NCBI RefSeq assembly: GCF_055900595.2
Contig: NZ_CM148325.1
Length of the DNA: 64,000 bases
Strand: one strand, 5' to 3'
The notes below the pieces were generated by a model, which saw nothing but the letters and a program-made list of their open reading frames with translations, did not search any database and had not been told where the DNA came from. A program made the position numbers and the translations under genes. Numbering within the stretch: the first letter of the stretch is position 1; every line of letters begins with the position of its first letter. Shown piece by piece: positions 45,984 to 55,644 of this stretch.

Positions 45984-46931
45984 ATGAAAAACGTTCTGGT
46001 CACCGTTCCCAGCTTTTCAGCGCGTTGTGTTTCTGCCAGCAAGCTGCTAAGAGAAAATCATTTTAACCTTATTATCAAGAATAATGTGGAGCATCTGGTT
46101 AAATCAGAATCCACAGTATTACGAGAATCTATTTGCGCAGTCATTGCCGGAAAAGATTGTTATCAAGCGGATACGTTATCGCGACTACCAGGAGTGAAAA
46201 TAATATCGAGATTCGGGACAGGGATTGATAATATTGATCTTCATACGGCTCGACAATCAGGTATTGTGGTCAATAATGCTGTTGGGATTAATTCAAATGC
46301 AGTCGCGGAATTTATCATTGGTCTTATTTTTGCGAGCATGAGAAATATCCCCGGTAGCTATCATGCGATGCAAAATGGTTATTGGGGCGAGTCGCATGGC
46401 TGCGAGTTACAAGGTAAACGTATTGGCCTGCTTGGCTACGGCAATATTGGCAAAACACTGGCGAAAAGGTTATCTGGTTTTGATGTTGAGCTTTTAGCTT
46501 TTGACAAACAACCCGATTTCCAGGCCGCAGGCAAAGATGGAGTTCAGTTCGTATCAATTGAAGATATCTTTATGCAGTCTCATGTCATCATCGTTCTTTT
46601 GCCATTTTCTCCTGAGCTGGAGAACTTCATTAGTCATAAATATTTGTCGATGATGCGCAATGGTGCTCTTATCATCAACGCCGCAAGGGGAAAGTTGCTG
46701 GATGAGGGGGCTTTACTTCAGGTAATTGAAGAACGAAATGTTTTTGCAGCACTGGATGTGTTTAGCTCTGAACCGCTAGCGCAATTTAGCCCATTGCTAC
46801 ATGCCAGGAATATCATTACAACGCCGCATATTGCGGCCGCCACCGTTGAGTCATACCAGCAAACCGGGATATACGTTGCCAGGTCGATAATAGATTTCTT
46901 TGCAGGAAGGGAGATAAAAAACGTGCTGTGA
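45984..46931 (+). CDS. D-isomer-specific 2-hydroxyacid dehydrogenase family, NAD(P)-binding
   Basis: 315 aa from ATG at 45984 (MKNVLVTVPSF...; the track ORF starts 3 codons earlier at GTG); GLLGYGNIGKTLAKRL nucleotide-binding motif; catalytic-region motifs NAARGKLLDE and TPHIAAAT. Confidence 0.8.
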   Translation: MKNVLVTVPSFSARCVSASKLLRENHFNLIIKNNVEHLVKSESTVLRESICAVIAGKDCYQADTLSRLPGVKIISRFGTGIDNIDLHTARQSGIVVNNAVGINSNAVAEFIIGLIFASMRNIPGSYHAMQNGYWGESHGCELQGKRIGLLGYGNIGKTLAKRLSGFDVELLAFDKQPDFQAAGKDGVQFVSIEDIFMQSHVIIVLLPFSPELENFISHKYLSMMRNGALIINAARGKLLDEGALLQVIEERNVFAALDVFSSEPLAQFSPLLHARNIITTPHIAAATVESYQQTGIYVARSIIDFFAGREIKNVL

Positions 46932-46957
46932 GTTCAGCTAAGGAAGATTTCAGGTAC

Positions 46958-46991
46958 AAAAAAACCGCAATCTGTGAAACACATTGCGGTT
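46958..46991 (-). terminator. Terminator of the tRNA-fMet operon (bidirectional hairpin)
   Basis: Stem aaccgcaat/attgcggtt with 11-nt loop; on the minus strand it is followed by a U7 tract (the A-run 46958-46964), 19 nt downstream of the tRNA 3' end. Confidence 0.65.
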
Positions 46992-47009
46992 TATCAGCAT
47001 CATAAGTGT

Positions 47010-47086
<77 letters not shown>

Positions 47087-47119
47087 TCACCGTACTGCTT
47101 TACTTCATCAAATTTTGAT

Positions 47120-47196
<77 letters not shown>

Positions 47197-47229
47197 TCAC
47201 CGTACTGCTTTACTTCATCAAATTTTAAT

Positions 47230-47306
<77 letters not shown>

Positions 47307-47514
47307 TCCGTGGATGCGCACTATACTCCGCTCGCGTTTTCATGCAACCTTTTTTTTACCCAGATCACGGATTTGGTATGATTTTGAGCAAAAACAAATC
47401 ACTAAAGCCTGTTTTTTGTGCAAAATTTGCGTCAGGGAGAGGCTGCTCATTTCATTAAACGCGGCGGTTTGTTATCTTCATTGCGCCTTATTTTTTAAAC
47501 TGAAGAAGAGAACA

Positions 47515-48612
47515 ATGAAAGGACGTTGGGTAAAGTACCTTCTTATGGGCACGGTTGTGGCAATGCTTGCCGCCTGCTCTTCCAAACCAACCGATCGCGG
47601 ACAGCAATATAAAGACGGGAAATTTACCCAGCCTTTCTCTCTGGTAAACCAGCCAGATGCCGTTGGCGCGCCAATTAACGCCGGTGATTTTGCCGAGCAA
47701 ATTAACCATATCCGTACTTCGTCACCGCGTCTGTATGGCAACCAGAGTAATGTTTATAATGCGGTGCAGGAGTGGCTACGCGCAGGCGGTGATACCCGCA
47801 ATATGCGTCAGTTCGGCATTGACGCCTGGCAGATGGAAGGTGCCGACAACTATGGCAACGTGCAGTTTACGGGCTATTACACGCCTGTCATTCAGGCGCG
47901 CCATACCCGTCAGGGCGAGTTCCAGTATCCTATTTACCGTATGCCGCCAAAACGTGGTCGTCTGCCGTCTCGTGCGGAGATCTACGCGGGAGCATTGAGC
48001 GATAAATACATCCTCGCTTACAGCAACTCTCTGATGGATAACTTCATTATGGATGTGCAGGGTAGCGGGTATATCGATTTTGGTGATGGCAGTCCGCTTA
48101 ACTTCTTCAGCTATGCCGGAAAGAATGGTCATGCCTATCGCAGTATTGGTAAGGTGCTGATTGACCGTGGCGAAGTGAAAAAAGAAGATATGTCGATGCA
48201 GGCGATTCGTCACTGGGGTGAAACACACAGTGAAGCCGAGGTTCGCGAGCTGCTGGAACAGAACCCGTCTTTCGTCTTCTTTAAACCGCAATCTTTTGCT
48301 CCGGTGAAAGGGGCAAGTGCGGTGCCGCTGGTTGGTCGCGCTTCAGTTGCGTCCGATCGTTCCATTATCCCACCTGGTACAACCTTACTGGCAGAAGTGC
48401 CGCTGCTGGATAATAACGGCAAATTTAACGGTCAGTACGAACTACGGCTGATGGTGGCGCTGGATGTCGGTGGTGCAATCAAAGGCCAACACTTCGATAT
48501 TTATCAAGGTATCGGGCCGGAAGCCGGACACCGCGCAGGTTGGTACAACCACTATGGACGTGTTTGGGTGCTGAAAACCGCCCCGGGCGCAGGTAACGTC
48601 TTTAGCGGCTGA
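47515..48612 (+). CDS. mltA: Membrane-bound lytic murein transglycosylase A
   Basis: 365 aa from ATG at 47515 (MKGRWVKYLLMGTVVAMLAACSSKP..., lipobox LAAC); the track ORF 47233-48612 is an in-frame extension running through tRNA copy 3. Confidence 0.93.
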   Translation: MKGRWVKYLLMGTVVAMLAACSSKPTDRGQQYKDGKFTQPFSLVNQPDAVGAPINAGDFAEQINHIRTSSPRLYGNQSNVYNAVQEWLRAGGDTRNMRQFGIDAWQMEGADNYGNVQFTGYYTPVIQARHTRQGEFQYPIYRMPPKRGRLPSRAEIYAGALSDKYILAYSNSLMDNFIMDVQGSGYIDFGDGSPLNFFSYAGKNGHAYRSIGKVLIDRGEVKKEDMSMQAIRHWGETHSEAEVRELLEQNPSFVFFKPQSFAPVKGASAVPLVGRASVASDRSIIPPGTTLLAEVPLLDNNGKFNGQYELRLMVALDVGGAIKGQHFDIYQGIGPEAGHRAGWYNHYGRVWVLKTAPGAGNVFSG

Positions 48613-48647
48613 TGTGTTATTCTGTATACCGTTTTGACGGATACGAC

Positions 48648-48674
48648 AGGGTGAGGGATAACCTCGCCCTTTTT
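48648..48674 (+). terminator. Rho-independent terminator after mltA
   Basis: Stem agggtgagg/cctcgccct (one G-U pair) with 5-nt loop followed by a T-run. Confidence 0.55.
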
Positions 48675-48688
48675 AATTCTGAGGTGCT

Positions 48689-49495
48689 ATGTCTGTGGTA
48701 ATTAGTGATGCATGGCGTCAGCGTTTTGGTGGCACTGCGCGTCTGTATGGTGAAAAAGCGTTGCAACTGTTTGCTGATGCGCATATTTGTGTGGTCGGTA
48801 TCGGTGGCGTTGGTTCCTGGGCGGCGGAAGCGTTGGCGCGCACGGGTATTGGCGCAATCACACTTATCGATATGGATGATGTGTGCGTCACTAATACCAA
48901 TCGGCAAATTCACGCGCTGCGCGATAACGTCGGGCTGGCTAAAGCGGAAGTCATGGCCGAACGTATTCGCCAGATTAACCCAGAGTGCCGTGTAACGGTG
49001 GTGGATGACTTCGTAACGGTGGATAACGTAGCACAATATATGAGTGCCGGTTATTCGTACGTGATTGATGCCATTGATAGTGTGCGACCCAAGGCGGCGC
49101 TGATTGCTTATTGTCGTCGCAATAAAATCCCTCTGGTCACGACTGGTGGTGCTGGTGGGCAGATTGATCCGACGCAGATTCAGGTTACCGATCTGGCTAA
49201 AACGATTCAGGACCCGCTGGCGGCGAAGTTGCGCGAGCGCCTGAAAAGCGATTTTGGTGTAGTGAAAAACAGCAAAGGTAAGCTCGGCGTGGATTGCGTG
49301 TTCTCTACCGAAGCGCTGGTGTACCCGCAGTCAGACGGTACGGTGTGCGCGATGAAAGCCACGGCAGAAGGGCCGAAGCGGATGGATTGTGCATCTGGAT
49401 TTGGCGCGGCGACGATGGTGACCGCCACCTTTGGTTTTGTTGCGGTTTCTCATGCGTTGAAGAAGATGATGGCGAAAGCTGCGCGTCAGGGGTAA
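48689..49495 (+). CDS. tcdA: tRNA threonylcarbamoyladenosine dehydratase (E1-like)
   Basis: 268 aa; ThiF/MoeB-type nucleotide-binding fold (CVVGIGGVGSWAAEALARTGIG). Confidence 0.9.
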   Translation: MSVVISDAWRQRFGGTARLYGEKALQLFADAHICVVGIGGVGSWAAEALARTGIGAITLIDMDDVCVTNTNRQIHALRDNVGLAKAEVMAERIRQINPECRVTVVDDFVTVDNVAQYMSAGYSYVIDAIDSVRPKAALIAYCRRNKIPLVTTGGAGGQIDPTQIQVTDLAKTIQDPLAAKLRERLKSDFGVVKNSKGKLGVDCVFSTEALVYPQSDGTVCAMKATAEGPKRMDCASGFGAATMVTATFGFVAVSHALKKMMAKAARQG

Positions 49496-49500
49496 ACAAT

Positions 49501-49541
49501 CAGGTCGGATGCGACGTGAACGTCTTATCCGACCTGGTTTT
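49501..49541 (+). terminator. Terminator between convergent tcdA and csdE
   Basis: 10-bp stem caggtcggat/atccgacctg with structured loop followed by gttttg. Confidence 0.55.
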
Positions 49542-49545
49542 GCGC

Positions 49546-49989
49546 TTAACCCTGCTTCGCCGCCGCGATAATCGCCTCACTTAACGCATTCAACCCCTGG
49601 CTGCGTGAGGCGCTAAGCTGCGCACGCAATCCCAGCTCATCAAACAATGCCAGCGGCGACTGAGCCTGCAATTCGGCGGCGGTTTTCCCCTCAACGGCAG
49701 TCAACAACACTGCCAGCAGGCCGCGCACAATGCGTCCTTCGCTGTCGCCAAAGAAATGCATCGTGCCGTTTTCAGCCACGGTATACCCCAGCCAGACGCG
49801 GTTTTCGCATCCGGCAATCTCTTTAGCCTGCGCTTTTAACTCGTCTGGCAAAGCAGGAAGCTGTTTCCCCAACATAATCAGCTGGCGATATTTGTCTTCC
49901 CATTGCGTCAGTGGCGCGAAAGTATCGCGTAACGTCTCTATGGTAACGGTTGTGCCGAACGGATGTCCGGCGAATTGCGGGTTTGTCAT
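49546..49989 (-). CDS. csdE: Cysteine desulfurase sulfur-acceptor protein (SufE-like)
   Basis: 147 aa; SufE family; start overlaps the csdA stop. Confidence 0.9.
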   Translation of the reverse strand: MTNPQFAGHPFGTTVTIETLRDTFAPLTQWEDKYRQLIMLGKQLPALPDELKAQAKEIAGCENRVWLGYTVAENGTMHFFGDSEGRIVRGLLAVLLTAVEGKTAAELQAQSPLALFDELGLRAQLSASRSQGLNALSEAIIAAAKQG

Positions 49990-51194
49990 TAATCCACCAA
50001 TAATTCCAGCGCGCGGTCAACGGCATTCACCAGCGCATCCACATCACTCTTTGTATTATATGGCGCAAAAGAGGCGCGCAGTGTGCCGGTTACGCCTAAT
50101 TCTGCCAATAGCGGCTGAGCGCAATGCTGCCCGGCCCGCAGGGCAATGCCGTACTCCGCCAGCAGCGTCACCATATCGCTTTGATGAACGCCAGCAAAAT
50201 CAAAGGCTAGCAGGCTGGAATCCTGGCTGCGGAATGAACGAAAGCCTGGACGTTTCGTCAGCGCATCTTCCGCCAGCGTTGCTAAGCTACGGCTCCAGCT
50301 TTCGGCCTGGTTGATATCGTAATCTGCCAGCCATTCCAGCGCCGCGCTTAATCCTATGACACCAGCGACATTTGGCGTTCCTGCTTCCAGTTTCCACGGC
50401 GCAGATTGAGTGATGAAGCCGTCAAAACTCACTTCGTGAACCATTTTGCCGCCGCCCAGCCAGGGCGACATTGCTTCCAGCAGTTCTGGTTTGCCGTAAA
50501 GTACGCCTATCCCTGTCGGGCCATACAGTTTGTGACCAGAGAAAGCGTAAAAATCAATATCCAGTTGCTGAACATCTGCGGGGAAATGCACCGCCCCCTG
50601 AGCACCATCAACCATCACCACCATCCCGGCTGAATGAGCAAAGGTAATCGCTCGTGCCAGATCCGGGCAACCGCCAGTGACGTTAGACATCTGGCCCAAC
50701 GCCAGAATCCGACTATGGGGAGTAATCAGTTCAGGCAACAAATCGATATCTGGCAACCGCTGCGCATTAAGCGGCAATTTCACCACTTTGGCTCCGGTTT
50801 GTTGGGCGACCATCAGCCAGGGGACGAGGTTGGCGTGATGCTCTGCCACACTGACAATAATTTCATCGCCCGGTTGCAGACGCGGACGGGCATAGCATTG
50901 CGCCACCATGTTGATGGATTCAGTGGTGCCGCGCGTCCAGACGATAGTTTTGTCATCTGGTGCATTCAGTAATAGCGCCACTTTTTCCCGTGCAGCTTCG
51001 TAACGCGCGGTCAGGCGTTGGGCCTCGGCAAACTGGCTACGATGGACGTTTCCGGCGCTCAGGCTGTAAAACTGTCGGGTTGCTTCAACCACGGCTTCAG
51101 GTTTAAGCGCGGTCGCGGCACTGTCGAGATAGACGCCCGCATCCTGTAGCGCGGGAAACTGGGCGCGAAATTGCGCGGGATTAAAAACGTTCAT
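49989..51194 (-). CDS. csdA: Cysteine desulfurase CsdA (class V aminotransferase)
   Basis: 401 aa from ATG at 51194 ([16 protein letters not shown]...); PLP-binding motif around [10 protein letters not shown]; the track ORF has a 12-codon extension. Confidence 0.93.
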   Translation of the reverse strand: MNVFNPAQFRAQFPALQDAGVYLDSAATALKPEAVVEATRQFYSLSAGNVHRSQFAEAQRLTARYEAAREKVALLLNAPDDKTIVWTRGTTESINMVAQCYARPRLQPGDEIIVSVAEHHANLVPWLMVAQQTGAKVVKLPLNAQRLPDIDLLPELITPHSRILALGQMSNVTGGCPDLARAITFAHSAGMVVMVDGAQGAVHFPADVQQLDIDFYAFSGHKLYGPTGIGVLYGKPELLEAMSPWLGGGKMVHEVSFDGFITQSAPWKLEAGTPNVAGVIGLSAALEWLADYDINQAESWSRSLATLAEDALTKRPGFRSFRSQDSSLLAFDFAGVHQSDMVTLLAEYGIALRAGQHCAQPLLAELGVTGTLRASFAPYNTKSDVDALVNAVDRALELLVD

Positions 51195-51385
51195 GGTACT
51201 CCTCGGCTTGATGCACCGATCGTGACGCAAAATTCACTTTGATACAAGGAGAGTGCTAACCATCAGAATTATCTGGATATCCTGGCGAAGCCGCGTAAGT
51301 AACATATGCTAAATAGTGTTAGGCGTTAATTTTAGCCTGTTAATCAATACTATTAAGATTTATTAATCGCTTTAAGGAGAAGATG

Positions 51386-51613
51386 ATGAAAAAGACTGCC
51401 GCAATTATTTCTGCCTGTATGCTGACTTTTGCCCTGAGCGCCTGTTCCGGTTCGAACTATGTGATGCACACCAATGACGGACGTACCATCGTCTCTGACG
51501 GCAAACCACAGACTGATAACGATACCGGTATGATTTCGTATAAAGACGCTAATGGCAACAAACAGCAGATCAACCGTACCGACGTGAAAGAGATGGTCGA
51601 ACTGGATCAGTAA
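51386..51613 (+). CDS. ygdI: Small lipoprotein YgdI (DUF903)
   Basis: 75 aa; signal peptide with lipobox LSAC; paralog of ygdR; aggaga RBS 5 nt upstream. Confidence 0.88.
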   Translation: MKKTAAIISACMLTFALSACSGSNYVMHTNDGRTIVSDGKPQTDNDTGMISYKDANGNKQQINRTDVKEMVELDQ

Positions 51614-51629
51614 TTCGCGATCGCAAGGT

Positions 51630-51835
51630 AAAAAAAAGCACCGCAATTAGGCGGTGCTACATTAATCACTATGGACAGACAGGGTAAATGTACAGGAAGT
51701 GAAAAAAGGTAGCTTTGCTACCATGGTCTGAATCGCAGACCAATTGCAAACACAACAACACAACATCACAACCGTAAGCCAAAAGTTCACCAGAACACGC
51801 ATTCCGATAAAACTTTTCGTTCCGGCTCAGGAAGT
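51630..51835 (-). ncRNA. gcvB: GcvB small regulatory RNA
   Basis: Minus strand reads ACTTCCTGAGCCGGAACGAAAAGTTTTATCGGAATGCGTGTTCTGGTGAAC...GTTGTGTTGTTGTGTTTGCAATTGG...GCACCGCCTAATTGCGGTGCTTTTTTTT: G/U-rich seed region and terminal hairpin plus U8; divergent from gcvA. Confidence 0.9.
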
Positions 51836-51963
51836 GCCGCCACTATAGGTATTTGCTGGTAGAAGCTCAACGGACAATTTATAATGGCTCAGATTAAAAA
51901 AACTAATAGGTTACACAGAGTGATCTAATTGTTAAATTCATTTAACATCAAAGTTTAAAAGCC

Positions 51964-52881
51964 ATGTCTAAACGATTACCACCGCTAAATGCCTTACGAG
52001 TTTTTGATGCCGCAGCACGCCATTTAAGTTTCACTCGCGCAGCAGAAGAGCTTTTTGTGACTCAGGCCGCAGTAAGTCATCAAATCAAGTCTCTTGAGGA
52101 TTTTCTGGGGCTAAAACTGTTCCGCCGCCGTAATCGTTCACTCCTGCTGACCGAGGAAGGGCAAAGCTATTTCCTCGATATCAAAGAGATATTTTCGCAA
52201 TTAACCGAAGCGACACGTAAACTCCAGGCCCGTAGCGCCAAGGGGGCGTTGACGGTCAGTTTACTCCCCAGTTTCGCCATTCATTGGTTGGTTCCACGAC
52301 TTTCCAGCTTTAATTCAGCTTATCCGGGAATTGACGTTCGCATCCAGGCGGTTGATCGTCAGGAAGATAAGTTGGCGGATGATGTTGACGTGGCGATATT
52401 CTATGGTCGGGGCAACTGGCCGGGACTACGGGTGGAAAAACTTTACGCCGAATATTTATTGCCGGTGTGTTCGCCGCTACTGCTGACAGGCGATAAACCC
52501 TTGAAGACCCCGGAAGACTTGGCTAAACATACGTTATTACATGATGCGTCTCGCCGTGACTGGCAGACATATACTCGCCAATTGGGGTTAAATCATATCA
52601 ACGTTCAGCAAGGACCAATATTTAGTCATAGCGCCATGGTGCTGCAAGCGGCTATCCACGGGCAGGGAGTGGCGCTAGCGAATAACGTGATGGCGCAATC
52701 TGAAATTGAAGCCGGACGTCTTGTTTGCCCGTTTAATGATGTTCTGGTCAGTAAAAACGCTTTTTATCTGGTTTGTCATGACAGCCAGGCAGAACTGGGT
52801 AAAATAGCCGCCTTTCGCCAATGGATCCTGGCGAAAGCCGCTGCTGAACAAGAAAAATTCCGCTTTCGTTATGAACAATAA
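51964..52881 (+). CDS. gcvA: Glycine cleavage system transcriptional regulator (LysR family)
   Basis: 305 aa; N-terminal LysR-type HTH (LSFTRAAEELFVTQAAVSHQIKSLE). Confidence 0.94.
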   Translation: MSKRLPPLNALRVFDAAARHLSFTRAAEELFVTQAAVSHQIKSLEDFLGLKLFRRRNRSLLLTEEGQSYFLDIKEIFSQLTEATRKLQARSAKGALTVSLLPSFAIHWLVPRLSSFNSAYPGIDVRIQAVDRQEDKLADDVDVAIFYGRGNWPGLRVEKLYAEYLLPVCSPLLLTGDKPLKTPEDLAKHTLLHDASRRDWQTYTRQLGLNHINVQQGPIFSHSAMVLQAAIHGQGVALANNVMAQSEIEAGRLVCPFNDVLVSKNAFYLVCHDSQAELGKIAAFRQWILAKAAAEQEKFRFRYEQ

Positions 52882-52899
52882 TTTACGTAGGGTACGACC

Positions 52900-53295
52900 A
52901 TGACCAGCCGTTTTATGCTGATTTTTGCCGCCATTAGCGGCTTCATTTTTGTGGCTCTGGGCGCTTTTGGCGCGCATGTGTTAAGTAAAACCATGGGGGC
53001 CGTTGAGATGGGCTGGATCCAGACCGGTCTCGAATACCAGGCGTTCCATACGCTGGCGATCTTAGGTCTGGCGGTGGCAATGCAGCGTCGCATCAGTATC
53101 TGGTTTTACTGGAGTAGCGTTTTCCTTGCGTTAGGCACGGTGCTGTTCAGCGGCAGCCTTTATTGCCTGGCGCTGTCCCATCTGCGTTTGTGGGCATTTG
53201 TCACACCGGTTGGCGGCGTGAGCTTCCTCGCGGGCTGGGCGTTAATGTTAGTTGGTGCTATCCGTTTAAAGCGCAAGGGCGTAAGTCATGAATAA
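52900..53295 (+). CDS. ygdD: DUF423 inner membrane protein
   Basis: 131 aa, four predicted TM helices; overlaps the rlmM start. Confidence 0.85.
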
Positions 53296-54388
53296 GGTTG
53301 TATTGCTGTGCCGTCCGGGCTTTGAAAAAGAGTGCGCCGCAGAAATTACCGATAAAGCCGGCCAGCGGGAAATTTTCGGTTTTGCCCGCGTGAAAGAGAA
53401 TGCGGGTTATGTCATTTATGAATGTTATCAACCTGATGATGGCGATAAGTTAATCCGTGAGCTGCCGTTCAGTTCATTAATTTTTGCCCGCCAGTGGTTT
53501 GTGGTCGGGGAACTCCTGCAGCATTTGCCGCCAGAAGATCGTATTACCCCCATTGTCGGCATGTTACAGGGCGTAGTAGAGAAGGGCGGTGAACTGCGTG
53601 TTGAAGTTGCCGATACCAACGAAAGCAAAGAGTTGCTGAAATTCTGCCGTAAATTCACCGTGCCGCTACGCGCTGCCTTGCGCGATGCCGGGGTGCTGGC
53701 GAACTATGAAACGCCGAAGCGTCCGGTTGTGCATGTATTCTTTATTGCACCAGGTTGCTGCTATACCGGTTACTCATACAGCAACAATAATTCGCCGTTC
53801 TATATGGGCATTCCGCGCCTGAAATTTCCGGCAGATGCGCCGAGTCGTTCCACGCTCAAACTGGAAGAGGCATTTCATGTGTTTATTCCGGCGGATGAGT
53901 GGGATGAACGTCTGGCGAACGGGATGTGGGCGGTGGATTTAGGCGCTTGCCCAGGCGGCTGGACCTACCAACTGGTGAAGCGCAACATGTGGGTTTATTC
54001 CGTCGACAACGGCCCGATGGCGCAAAGTCTGATGGATACCGGACAGGTGACGTGGCTGCGGGAAGACGGTTTCAAATTCCGTCCGACACGCAGCAATATC
54101 TCCTGGATGGTATGCGATATGGTTGAAAAACCGGCGAAAGTTGCGGCATTGATGGCGCAGTGGCTGGTTAATGGCTGGTGCCGTGAAACCATTTTCAACC
54201 TCAAACTGCCGATGAAAAAACGCTACGAAGAAGTGTCACATAATCTGGCGTATATTCAGGCACAGCTTGATGAACATGGCATAAATGCTCAGATTCAGGC
54301 GCGACAGTTGTATCACGATCGTGAAGAAGTGACGGTGCATGTCCGCCGCATCTGGGCTGCGGTGGGAGGCCGTCGCGACGAGCGATAA
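53288..54388 (+). CDS. rlmM: 23S rRNA (cytidine2498-2'-O)-methyltransferase
   Basis: 366 aa; THUMP-like N-terminal domain plus FtsJ-like methyltransferase domain (motif [10 protein letters not shown]). Confidence 0.9.
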
Positions 54389-54394
54389 CAGGCA

Positions 54395-54418
54395 AGGCCG
54401 GGGCGTCGTCTCCGGCCT
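54395..54418. terminator. Hairpin between convergent rlmM and fucR
   Basis: Stem aggccgg/ccggcct with 10-nt loop; modest U-tract on the plus side. Confidence 0.4.
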
Positions 54419-54431
54419 GCTACCCTTTCCG

Positions 54432-55163
54432 TCAGGCTGTTACCAAAGAAGCCGCAACCTGGCGCTCATCAGAAATAATGTGCGTGACCTCATCCAGATG
54501 CCCGATGCGGGCTTCCCCTGAACGATTAAATTTACTTTTATCAATCAATAACAACGATTGCGCGGCACGTTTTAATAGCATCGATTTGTAATCAGCGTTG
54601 ATGGCATTGGAGTCCCACAGTGCACCGCTGCTATCGATCCCTTCACAAGAAAAAATAAACAGATCGATTTCCAGCGATTTAAGTTGGGAAATCAGCGAGG
54701 GATTGACGTAACAGCCATATTTGCGCTCAAGTGTGCCGCCGGAACTGATCAGTTGAATGCGTTCACGTTTACCGAGTTCATGGCAAATCGGATGGCTATT
54801 GGTGAAGACCTGAATGTCGATGTCAGGCAACTGGCGTGCCAGATACCAGCAAGTTGAACTGGCGTCTAAGGCTATCACCATCCCTTCTTCAATCCACGCG
54901 AGCGCTTCGCGCGCGATATCTGCTTTATGCGCATAATGGCTTTTCAGCCGGATGTGAAAGGGATCGCCACTGTCTTGATTTTGACGGTGGATATATTTAG
55001 CGCGCCCATGATTGCGCAGAATTTTACCCTGCGTCTGTAATTCATTGAGATCGCGACGAATGGTTTCTTTACTGACCTTTAGCTGTTCAGAGAGAGCTTC
55101 CGTGGTCAGGCTGGTATGGTTCAGCAGCAGGTCGACTATCGCTTGCTGGCGTGCCGCTTTCAT
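54432..55163 (-). CDS. fucR: L-fucose operon activator (DeoR family)
   Basis: 243 aa from ATG at 55163 (MKAARQQAIVDLLLNHTSLTTEALSEQLKVSKETIRRDL = DeoR HTH). Confidence 0.93.
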   Translation of the reverse strand: MKAARQQAIVDLLLNHTSLTTEALSEQLKVSKETIRRDLNELQTQGKILRNHGRAKYIHRQNQDSGDPFHIRLKSHYAHKADIAREALAWIEEGMVIALDASSTCWYLARQLPDIDIQVFTNSHPICHELGKRERIQLISSGGTLERKYGCYVNPSLISQLKSLEIDLFIFSCEGIDSSGALWDSNAINADYKSMLLKRAAQSLLLIDKSKFNRSGEARIGHLDEVTHIISDERQVAASLVTA

Positions 55164-55220
55164 ATTTTTCACCCCATCATTCGATAACCGCCCGCGTCAT
55201 GCGGGCGTACCGGTATGAGA

Positions 55221-55643
55221 TTACGGTGTTACCCCTTTTTTTAAAAGAATATTCCCGTACTTCGCTCGTTCGCCTGTGATAACGATCGCAAAGGCTTTTT
55301 GCGCCCGCTCATAAAACGCAAAACGATTGATGCGGATGATGTCAGGACAGGGGGCTTGTAGTGAAAGCGCATTACGATAACGTCGTTCTACTTCAGGATC
55401 GAGAGTGTCACCTTCTACCGCCGCCATCATCACCAGCGGCGGTGCATAACTGTCCAGTTCAAATAACGGGATAATCGCCTGGAGTAAGTCGCTCACCAAC
55501 AGGCCATCAGCACGGATCACCTGCGGTCCCATCGAATGGGCGGGAAAGTGAGCATCGGAAAAAATAATTTCATCTCCATGTCCCATCTCTGCCAGCACTT
55601 TCAATAGTTCGGGAGAAATTAACGGCGAAATTGTTTTCAGCAT
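55221..55643 (-). CDS. fucU: L-fucose mutarotase
   Basis: 140 aa; RbsD/FucU family. Confidence 0.93.
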
Positions 55644-55644
55644 T

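Larger units (their letters stand above)
41446..46957. other. AT-rich accessory islet (5-gene PTS carbohydrate utilisation operon) between amiC and the tRNA-fMet cluster
   Basis: Visibly AT-rich compared with the flanking genes; five co-directional genes with short or overlapping junctions; absent from the K-12 amiC-metV interval as I recall it; no integrase or transposase ORF present. Confidence 0.8.

Noticed and set aside
41446-46957. Calling the islet a mobile element, prophage or integrative element
   Set aside because: No integrase, transposase, IS termini, phage genes or flanking direct repeats were found. It is reported as an accessory islet instead.
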